Position numbers and translations under genes: made by a program
Notes under the pieces: generated by a model
Database searches by the model: none
Seen by the model: only the letters and a program-made list of their open reading frames with translations
What the model was told of the DNA's origin: nothing
Shown here: piece after piece, positions 56,212 through 64,000 of the stretch
Numbering within the stretch: position 1 is the first letter of the stretch
Layout: every line of letters begins with the position of its first letter
DNA from: an uncultured Chlamydiae bacterium
Lineage (GTDB): Bacteria; Chlamydiota; Chlamydiia; Chlamydiales; CACLRR01
Length of the DNA: 64,000 bases
Direction: 5' to 3'
Assembly: GCA_902609415.1 (NCBI GenBank)
Contig: CACLRR010000002.1
Location: 32,182-96,181 of the forward strand

Positions 56212-57151
56212 GAGATGAAAAAGTAAATGAAGAGAATATGCCACATATTCCAGTGATGCGAGATGAAGTTCTTGAAGTATTTGAAGGAATTCATCTGAAG
56301 GTTTTTGTTGATTGCACCTTAGGTGCAGGAGGACATGCAAGTGAAATATTAAAAGCTCATCCAGAGATTGAGACTTATATTGGGTGTGATAGAGATGAAA
56401 ATGCAATCAATATTGCTAAGGAAACATTAAAGCCTTGGCAGGGTAAGGTTCAGTTTCATCGAGTCAATCACGTTGATATAGAAAAAGTGCTCGATCAAAT
56501 TGGTATTGAGAAAGTAGATGGTTTTTTTTTGATTTAGGAGTTTCATCGATGCAGTTAGATGAGGGAAAAAGAGGGTTTAGTTTTAAGAGAAGTGGTCCAC
56601 TTGATATGAGGATGGATCCCTCTTCTCCCATATCTGCTGAGGACGTTGTGAACGATTTCCCTGAGAAAGATTTAGGTGAAATGTTTAAGAATTTTGGTGA
56701 AGAGCGCATGTGGAGAAGAGGTGCTAAGGCTATTTGCAGAGCAAGAGAGAAGATGCGTATAACAACAACAAAAGAGCTTGCAGACATTATTTCTAGAGCT
56801 TTTGCAGGCAAGGGAGAAAGAAAGGCACATCGTGCTACCAAAATTTTCCAGGCAATTAGAATATATGTCAATGATGAGATGAAGACGTTAGAGAGTTCTA
56901 TTAAGACAGCTATAGAAAGGCTTGCTCCTGAGGGAAGATGTGCAGTTTTATCATATCATTCCCTAGAAGATAGGATTGTAAAAAATGTATTTAGGGCAGC
57001 CTCTCAGCCTTTACAAAATGTCCACGGAATGACTGTTAACCCTCCAGTATTAAAGATGTTAAAGAAGAAAATTATTGTGCCTAAATTTGGTGAAAGTCGC
57101 CGTAATAGACGATCTAGAAGTGCTAAAATGAGAGCAGTTGTAAAGTTATGA
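56208..57151 (+). pseudogene. rsmH: 16S rRNA m4C1402 methyltransferase RsmH, split at a T9 tract (possibly recoded or two-chain)
   Basis: ORF1 HIPVM, DCTLGAGGH, DRD, DGFF; -1 frame continues DLGVSSMQLD, RGFSF, PLDMRMD, FQAIRIYVNDE, SYHSLEDRIVK, RSRSAKMR. Confidence 0.93.
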
Positions 57152-57510
57152 AGAAGCATATAATAGCTCAGATCTTTTTTTTCATGTTTGTTGTCTCGGG
57201 TTATGTTTATGCCTATCTCTATAAGGAAAATATGATCACTTCTATGCGTATTGCAATAGCAAAAGAGAAGGATGAGATCTATCAGCTAAAGGAAGATAAC
57301 CTAAGGTTAAGTTACCAGGTGGACTTATTTGAAAATCCTAAGTTCTTGTTTAGTTTAGCAAAAAGACCTGAATATTCTCATCTAGAAATGCCATTTTCAA
57401 GTGATATTCTTGTATTGGAAACAGAGGTGAGTAAAGAAATAGTAGTGCAACCTGAAGAGAAACAAGTCTTTAGCTTCTATCCAACCGTTGTTGTAGGGGC
57501 TAAGCATTAA
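57148..57510 (+). CDS. ftsL: FtsL-like cell division protein
   Basis: single TM plus coiled coil; lies between rsmH and ftsI. Confidence 0.7.
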   Translation: MKKHIIAQIFFFMFVVSGYVYAYLYKENMITSMRIAIAKEKDEIYQLKEDNLRLSYQVDLFENPKFLFSLAKRPEYSHLEMPFSSDILVLETEVSKEIVVQPEEKQVFSFYPTVVVGAKH

Positions 57511-57525
57511 ATTGAGATTGATAGG

Positions 57526-59484
57526 TTGGAAAAAGAGAGAAAAGGGCGTCTTATTCTCCTAAGTTTGTTTGTGGTTTTTTTATTCACTCTACTTATTATT
57601 CATTATTTTAAGATACAAGTTGTTGATTTTAGGAGGTGGACGCAGCTTGCAAAGCAACAACATCAGACAGTGATTGAAATACCCTCTAAGCGTGGAGTTT
57701 TTTATTCAGATACATCACTCCAATATGGCCACCCAGAAAAGGCTTTGGCCTTTGTTATTGATGTTCCAAAGTATCATCTAATGATTGATCCATCGATCAT
57801 CCCTTTTCGATATAAAGAGCCTATGATGGAGAAAATACTGAGTATACTAACTGAAATTGAGGACGAAGATAAATTTAAGGCCCATTTTAGTAAGAGATCT
57901 AGATCCAGAAAATTAGCTTCCTGGCTTTCAAAAAGTAAAGAAGAGCAGATAATGCAGTGGTGGAAACCTTTTGCAAGGGAACACAGAATTACAAAGAATG
58001 CTCTTTTTTGTATTAAGGAGTATAAGCGCTGTTATCCATTTGGAAAATTATTAGGTCAGGTTTTACATACGCTTAGGGATGATAGAGATGAAAAAACAGG
58101 AGAACAGATACCCACAGGAGGATTAGAGCTTGTTTTTAATAAGGAGCTAAAGGGAGTCAACGGAAAGCAGGTTTATATGCGCTCACCTTCGTATACTTTT
58201 GAGACAGATAAAGTGGTTGAAGAGTCTAAGGATGGACAAGATATTCACTTAACAATCAATCACTACATTCAGGAAGTTGTAGAAAATGAGCTAGAAAAAG
58301 GTGTAAATAAAGTGCATGCAAAGAGCGGTTGGGCAGTGTTAATGGATCCATTTACGGGTAATATAATGGCTTTAGCACATTATCCCTTCTTTAACCCAGC
58401 AAACTATAGAGATTACTATAATGATGAAAAATTACAGGAAAATGTAAAAATTAAAGCTATAACAGATTGTTTTGAACCTGGATCGACAATGAAACCATTG
58501 ACTATGGTAATAGCTCTTCTTGCTAATGAGGAGCTAAAGAAACGAGGAAAGAGACCAATTATTGCACCTAGCGAGATGTTAAGGGTTGATAATGGAATCT
58601 TTCCAGGAAGAGGGGCTCCACTTAAAGATGTAAGACATCATAAAAATCTAAACATGTATCATGCTTTACAAAAGTCCTCAAATATATATTTTGCTAGAGT
58701 GATAGAACGAGTGATAGCCCACCTTGGAGTTGATTGGTATAAAGAACAGCTTGAGAGGATATTTGGCTTTGGTATGAAGACAGGTATTGAGCTTCCTTAT
58801 GAAAATCCTGGATTCCTACCAGATCCTGGTGCCTTATATGCTAATGGGAAGCTGCAGTGGTCATTGCCAACACCTTATTCGTTAGCTATTGGTTATAATT
58901 TGCTTACTAATTCATTGCAGATGGTAAAAGCTTTTGCGCTTATCGCAAACGGAGGGTATGATGTTAACCCAACACTGATTAAAAATAAGTGGAGTGCGGA
59001 GAAGGCCAAAAGGTTAATTCCAGAAGACATTGTTAATGTTGTTACAGATGGATTAAAATATGTGACAAAGCCTGGTGGTTCAGCAGTATATGCAGATGTA
59101 GGGGGATATACAGTTGTAGGTAAAACCAGTACAACAGAGAAGTTGATCGAAGGAAAATACTCTAAAAAGAAACATTTTTCTAGCTTTGTTGGTTTCTGTC
59201 CAGCAGGCAGAAAAACGAAGGATCGACCCAGGTTTGTGCTTATGGTAGGGATAGATGAACCAAAGTCTCGATATATTCCTGGATTTGGAACAACACATTA
59301 TGGAGGTAAGTCTGCTGCACCTGTCTTTAAGGAAATAGCAAAACAAGTTCTTGACTATTTAGGTGTAGAAGAGGATGACCCATATGGCTGGTCTAAATCT
59401 GATCAGCGGTATGATGAATCTAAGGCTGTATGGATGAAAGAGGTTAAAATATTAGATAAATTGTATAAGGAATACAATAAATGA
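57526..59484 (+). CDS. ftsI: penicillin-binding protein 3 (FtsI)
   Basis: N-terminal TM, KRG, YPFG, FEPGSTMK (SxxK), KSSN, GKTST. Confidence 0.93.
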   Translation: MEKERKGRLILLSLFVVFLFTLLIIHYFKIQVVDFRRWTQLAKQQHQTVIEIPSKRGVFYSDTSLQYGHPEKALAFVIDVPKYHLMIDPSIIPFRYKEPMMEKILSILTEIEDEDKFKAHFSKRSRSRKLASWLSKSKEEQIMQWWKPFAREHRITKNALFCIKEYKRCYPFGKLLGQVLHTLRDDRDEKTGEQIPTGGLELVFNKELKGVNGKQVYMRSPSYTFETDKVVEESKDGQDIHLTINHYIQEVVENELEKGVNKVHAKSGWAVLMDPFTGNIMALAHYPFFNPANYRDYYNDEKLQENVKIKAITDCFEPGSTMKPLTMVIALLANEELKKRGKRPIIAPSEMLRVDNGIFPGRGAPLKDVRHHKNLNMYHALQKSSNIYFARVIERVIAHLGVDWYKEQLERIFGFGMKTGIELPYENPGFLPDPGALYANGKLQWSLPTPYSLAIGYNLLTNSLQMVKAFALIANGGYDVNPTLIKNKWSAEKAKRLIPEDIVNVVTDGLKYVTKPGGSAVYADVGGYTVVGKTSTTEKLIEGKYSKKKHFSSFVGFCPAGRKTKDRPRFVLMVGIDEPKSRYIPGFGTTHYGGKSAAPVFKEIAKQVLDYLGVEEDDPYGWSKSDQRYDESKAVWMKEVKILDKLYKEYNK

Positions 59485-60938
59485 AACTAAAAAAAATATT
59501 AGAAGGTATTCAAGGTATAGAGGTTAAGGGAACAAGAGATGTAGCGATACAATCGATAACAAACGATTCAAGAACCGCATCTCCAGGATCTTTATTCATA
59601 GCAAAGAAAGGGAAGAATTTTGATAGTGGCCAATATATTGATGATGTTATTCAAGCAGGAGCTGTAGCTGTTGTTACAGATGTTTTTAATCCATTTAATA
59701 TAAATATTGTACAGGTCATATACCCTTTTCCTGAAAAGATTGAGTCTCTTATTGCAAGAAACTTTTATGGTCCTGTTGATCAAAAAGTAAAGCTTTTCGG
59801 TATAACAGGCACAAATGGAAAAACAACATCGGTACACCTCCTACATCATATATTGATGAGAGAGGGTTGTGGTCTAAGCTCAACTATAGCAAGAATTACA
59901 GGCCCTCACCACTTTCCATCTCATTTGACAACTCCAGATGTTTTATCACTTTATAAATTGATCAGCGATATGAAGACCTGTAGTCTAAAGTATGGAGCAA
60001 TTGAGGTTTCATCTCATGCATTAGAACAAGAAAGGGTGGGAAAGCTTAATTTTGCAGCAGCGCTATTTACAAATATTTCACATGAACATCTTGATTATCA
60101 TGTAACGATGGATAGCTATCTTCAATCAAAGAGTAAGCTTTTTTCTGGACTTCAAAAAGAGAGTCCAGCGCTCTTTAATGCAGATGATCCACAGTGGAAA
60201 AAAATAGCAAAGCTTTCAACAGGTAGGGTGATCACTTTTGCTATTTATAATGATGCGGATATTAAGGCTATAAATATCAGATTTATTGGTGAAAAGACAC
60301 AATTTGATGTGAAATACCAAGGAGAAGTACTCACTTTTGAGACGCCATTGCTTGGAGAATTTAATCTTTATAATTGCTTGGGAGTGATTGGTCTATGTCT
60401 ATCTATGAATATGCCTAGAGACTTGATCATTGCTGGGGTAAATAGTTTTAAGGGAATAAAAGGAAGGCTTGAGAGGGTTAAACGGATTAAGGAGGAGGTG
60501 TATGTTGACTTTGCACATACTCCAAAAAGCTTAGAAGAGGCACTTAAGGCGTTAAGAGAAAAAAAACCTAATCGTCTTCTTGTTTTGTTTGGTTGTGGCG
60601 GTAATAGAGATAGAGAGAAGAGACCGCTTATGGGAAGAGTTGCAGAGGCACATGCAGATATTTCTATTATAACAGAAGATAATTCCAGGAATGAAAACAT
60701 AACAGACATTATTAACGAGATTACTTGTGATATGACAAGAGGTAAACATATGCACATCATTAGGGATAGAGGGGATGCTATTAGTAAAGCACTTTCTCTG
60801 ATGAAGACAGGTGATGTATTACTTGTTGCAGGTAGAGGTCATGAGACAACGCTGCAAATAAAAGAGGGCATTATACCTTTTGATGATGTAAGTATGATTG
60901 AAAAAAAATCTTTGATCAATTGTGGAGATCTTCTATGA
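59481..60938 (+). CDS. murE: UDP-MurNAc-dipeptide--meso-DAP ligase
   Basis: GITGTNGKTT, LTTPD, EVSSHAL, HLDYH, VDFAHTP, FGCGGNRD, DNSR (DAP-specific DNPR-like). Confidence 0.97.
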   Translation: MKLKKILEGIQGIEVKGTRDVAIQSITNDSRTASPGSLFIAKKGKNFDSGQYIDDVIQAGAVAVVTDVFNPFNINIVQVIYPFPEKIESLIARNFYGPVDQKVKLFGITGTNGKTTSVHLLHHILMREGCGLSSTIARITGPHHFPSHLTTPDVLSLYKLISDMKTCSLKYGAIEVSSHALEQERVGKLNFAAALFTNISHEHLDYHVTMDSYLQSKSKLFSGLQKESPALFNADDPQWKKIAKLSTGRVITFAIYNDADIKAINIRFIGEKTQFDVKYQGEVLTFETPLLGEFNLYNCLGVIGLCLSMNMPRDLIIAGVNSFKGIKGRLERVKRIKEEVYVDFAHTPKSLEEALKALREKKPNRLLVLFGCGGNRDREKRPLMGRVAEAHADISIITEDNSRNENITDIINEITCDMTRGKHMHIIRDRGDAISKALSLMKTGDVLLVAGRGHETTLQIKEGIIPFDDVSMIEKKSLINCGDLL

Positions 60939-60957
60939 TTCTTACAAAAGGATTCAG

Positions 60958-61644
60958 ATGATCAGGTGGATAAGAAAAGCTCTAATGATGGTCGTGCTCC
61001 TTTTCTGTGCATCTTGTGGTACTAAGGTTGCATATGAACACGATTATCAATATAGAGTTACAAAGGAAGTCCCACGAAATGTAGTAAAGGCGATGCCGCA
61101 TGTAATGTTAGATGCAGGGCATGGGGGATTTGATTTAGGAGCTAAGTGTCAATCATGTGAAGAGAAGGATCTCTGTTTGCAGACAACACTGATGGTAAGA
61201 GATGAACTAAGACGTATGGGATACAGGGTGAGTCTGACAAGAAATAGCGATCAGTTTATTCCCCTGAAGCAAAGAGCTGCTATAGCAAATGAATCTAAGT
61301 GTCAGCTATTTGTATCAATACATTATAATTCAGCAAAAAATGTACGCGCTGAGGGTATTGAAATTTACTACTATCCTGAAAAGTATAAGCCTTGGCGAAA
61401 GGATAAGTCTAAGAATGTGTCGCAGTTAGTCTTAAAGCATTTAATAGAAGCTACATCTGCAAAGTCAAGGGGTGTAAAGGAAGGTAATTTCTGCGTTATC
61501 AGAGAGACCAATATGCCATCAATATTAATTGAATGTGGATTTATTACCCATAATGCCGAGCGTAACAGGATCCAAAATCATGAATATATGCAAACTCTTT
61601 CAAATTCTATAGCACTTGGAATTGATAATTACTTTAATCATTGA
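60958..61644 (+). CDS. amiA: N-acetylmuramoyl-L-alanine amidase (Amidase_3), probable lipoprotein
   Basis: LDAGHGG, EKDL, FVSIHYNS, PSILIECGF; lipobox-like FCASC. Confidence 0.93.
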   Translation: MIRWIRKALMMVVLLFCASCGTKVAYEHDYQYRVTKEVPRNVVKAMPHVMLDAGHGGFDLGAKCQSCEEKDLCLQTTLMVRDELRRMGYRVSLTRNSDQFIPLKQRAAIANESKCQLFVSIHYNSAKNVRAEGIEIYYYPEKYKPWRKDKSKNVSQLVLKHLIEATSAKSRGVKEGNFCVIRETNMPSILIECGFITHNAERNRIQNHEYMQTLSNSIALGIDNYFNH

Positions 61645-61684
61645 TTATAATTAGTGGAAAAAGCTTAATGTAGGGTAATAAATG

Positions 61685-61758
<74 letters not shown>

Positions 61759-61828
61759 TCAAGAAATTTAGTAGCTAAGGATAAACATTTCATAGGTTCT
61801 TTGGCAAGAATAAAAGGGGAGTAATTGA

Positions 61829-63289
61829 ATGAGTGATGCAGATATTGGATTAATTGGGCTTGCAGTAATGGGACAGAATCTCATTCTCAATATGAATGAT
61901 AAGGGGTATAAGGTTGTTTGTTATAATAGAACAGTGGAAAAAGTAGATGCCTTTTTGTCAGGGCCAGCAAAAGGGACTAATGTTGTTGGTGCTAAATCAC
62001 TTGAAGAGTTTGTTGGCAAGCTAAAGAGGCCCAGGAAGTTTGTCTTAATGGTGAAGGCAGGAGATGCGGTAGATAGCTTTATAGAAAAGGCACTACCTTA
62101 TTTAGAAAAGGGTGATATTATTATTGATGGTGGAAATTCACACTATCCAGACACCCAAAGACGCTATGAAATGCTTAAAGAAAAGGGGTTACATTTTGTT
62201 GGTATGGGTATTTCAGGTGGCGAAGAGGGTGCTCGTAATGGTCCATCGATGATGCCAGGAGGAAGCACCGCTGCTTGGCCCTATATTAAGGATATCTTTC
62301 AATCAATTGCTGCTACGAGTGAGGGTGAGCCGTGTTGCGATTGGGTAGGTGAAGGTGGTGCTGGTCATTTTGTAAAGATGGTTCATAATGGTATTGAGTA
62401 TGGAGATATACAGCTGATTTGCGAAGTTTACGATCTTCTCAGTAGAAGTCTTGATTGTAGTCAAGATGAATTAGCTAAGATCTTTAATCAGTGGAATAAA
62501 AGTGAGCTTGATAGTTACCTTATTGAGATTGCTGCTAAGGTGTTTTCTCATAGAGATAGTAGTGGTGATTTTTTGCTTCCAAAAATTTTAGATGCTGCAG
62601 GTGCAAAAGGTACAGGAAAGTGGACAACAGAGAGCGCGTTAGATGAAGGGATTCCACTATCTCTTATTGGTGAAGCCGTCTTTGCAAGAGCCTTATCTGC
62701 AATGAAGGAGGAGAGAGTAGATATTCATAAGCTCTATAATTCAAATAGTAAATCAGTCAATTTAATTGCCGGTGACTTAAAGGAAGAAAAGGTAGAGGAT
62801 TTTAGAAAAGCTCTTTATGCAGCAAAGATTATTAGCTATACCCAAGGTTTTATGCTAATGCGTGAGGCCTCTAAAAGGTATAAATGGAATCTTAATTTTG
62901 GATCGATAGCACTTATGTGGCGTGGTGGCTGTATCATCCGAAGTGTTTTCTTGGGTAAAATTAAATCAGCTTTTGAACATAATCAGAATTTAACTAGTCT
63001 TCTAATGGATAGTTTCTTTAAAGAGGAGTTAACAAAAACATTACCTAGTTGGAGAAGAACAGCAGCCTTTGGTATTGAAAATGCAATACCACTTCCATGT
63101 CTTACAAGTGGCCTTACTTTTTTTGATGGAATTACAACAGATCGTCTTCCACAAAACCTCACTCAGGCATTAAGAGACTTTTTTGGCGCACACACCTTTG
63201 AAAGAATTGATGCTCCGCGTGGACAATTTTTTCACGAGAAGTGGCTTGAATCAAGTGGGGATATAAGCTCAACAACTTATAATGCTTAA
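61829..63289 (+). CDS. gnd: 6-phosphogluconate dehydrogenase, decarboxylating
   Basis: IGLAVMG, IIDGGN, SGGEEGA, VKMVHNGIEY, KGTGKW, WRGGCIIR, RDFFGAH. Confidence 0.98.
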   Translation: MSDADIGLIGLAVMGQNLILNMNDKGYKVVCYNRTVEKVDAFLSGPAKGTNVVGAKSLEEFVGKLKRPRKFVLMVKAGDAVDSFIEKALPYLEKGDIIIDGGNSHYPDTQRRYEMLKEKGLHFVGMGISGGEEGARNGPSMMPGGSTAAWPYIKDIFQSIAATSEGEPCCDWVGEGGAGHFVKMVHNGIEYGDIQLICEVYDLLSRSLDCSQDELAKIFNQWNKSELDSYLIEIAAKVFSHRDSSGDFLLPKILDAAGAKGTGKWTTESALDEGIPLSLIGEAVFARALSAMKEERVDIHKLYNSNSKSVNLIAGDLKEEKVEDFRKALYAAKIISYTQGFMLMREASKRYKWNLNFGSIALMWRGGCIIRSVFLGKIKSAFEHNQNLTSLLMDSFFKEELTKTLPSWRRTAAFGIENAIPLPCLTSGLTFFDGITTDRLPQNLTQALRDFFGAHTFERIDAPRGQFFHEKWLESSGDISSTTYNA

Positions 63290-64000
63290 AATTGTATATT
63301 TGCTGATTACAGGTACCCTTTTGGATCACAATTTTTATTTACAGCTCGCGCACTTCAGGGATACACACCTCTAGAAGTAGGCATGATGAGAGTTGTATTT
63401 GGTGCACTTGTGACAACGTGCCTTTTTCCTTTTATCCCCCAAAAGAAAGAACCAGTACAAATAAGATGGTATCATTATGCTTTGATTGGTTTATTAGAAG
63501 GAACAGTGCCGTGTGTCTTGGTGCCCTGGTGACAGCAGTATGTAGCCTCTGGTATTTCAGCTATCCTCATCTGTACAATGCCAATTTTTGTTTTGGTATT
63601 AATTCCATAGCTTGTGAAAGGCGAGAGATTTGATTGGGGTATTGTACTTAGTGTATTTATTGGTTTCATTGGTGTTGTTATTTTAATTAATCCCTTTTCA
63701 AATTCTGGTGCCTTTTTGGAAAATTTAATTTATAAATGTGCCACTTTGCTTGCAAGTGCTAGTTGGTCGTTGAGCTTGATTCTTATTAAACGGTTACCTG
63801 ACCCTTCACCTTTAAGGATGACAAGAAATATTCTATTGGCAGCTAGTGTTGAAATAGTTATAGTTTGGTTATTAATAGGTCATCCTACACAAATAGGTTT
63901 TCATTTAGTTCCTTTTGTAAACGCCTTTTTCTTAGGTGCTCTTACATCGGGTGTTGTTTATTTCTTTTATATATTATTAATTAGAAGTTCTGGGGTGAAT
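63282..64000 (+). pseudogene. EamA/DMT transporter pseudogene (runs off the window end)
   Basis: MLKIVYLLITGTL, frameshift near 63320, GSQFLF..RVVFGA..VPW*QQYVASGISAILICTMPIF..IP*LVKGE; stops TGA 63530 and TAG 63608. Confidence 0.85.

Noticed and set aside
63530-63532. Stop-codon reassignment (TGA=Gly/Trp, or TAG readthrough) suggested by in-frame stops in the EamA and Inc-like genes
   Set aside because: TGA, TAG and TAA all end conserved genes at the expected positions (hemE and proS TGA, rnc TAG, gnd TAA), long genes contain no internal stops, and the broken genes also carry other lesion types.

Overview
AT-rich, compact bacterial chromosome segment from an environmental member of the Chlamydiae. 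The assignment rests on gene order and families: mfd-alaS-tkt-hemE-hemY; rnc-radA-hemC; sod-accD-dut-ptsN-ptsN-clpC-lplA-gcvH-nqrEDCB; dnaA next to a TPR chaperone; rsmH-ftsL-ftsI-murE-amiA; a MOMP-like porin; dapL; Inc-like membrane proteins. It holds about 55 mostly housekeeping genes and one tRNA-Arg(CCT). I found no CRISPR array, IS element or prophage. By eye the + strand is G-rich throughout, so no replication origin appears to lie here. The unusual content is at the reading-frame level. (1) rsmH is split at a T9 run, and the junction itself supplies an AGGAG ribosome-binding site plus ATG for the second half. (2) hemC has no canonical start before its conserved N-terminal motif; it needs an ATT start or a -1 shift at A_AAA_AAG from the upstream fluC gene. 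(3) radA probably starts at ATA. (4) hemD is frameshifted. (5) An Inc-like gene carries a hidden in-frame repeat unit behind three stops. (6) An unannotated Cys-rich gene is broken at two poly-A runs. (7) A degenerate copy of the accD 5' end sits just upstream of accD. (8) BioF-, ComF- and PhyH-like proteins lack their catalytic motifs. Sequence alone cannot separate programmed recoding, genome decay and assembly error.
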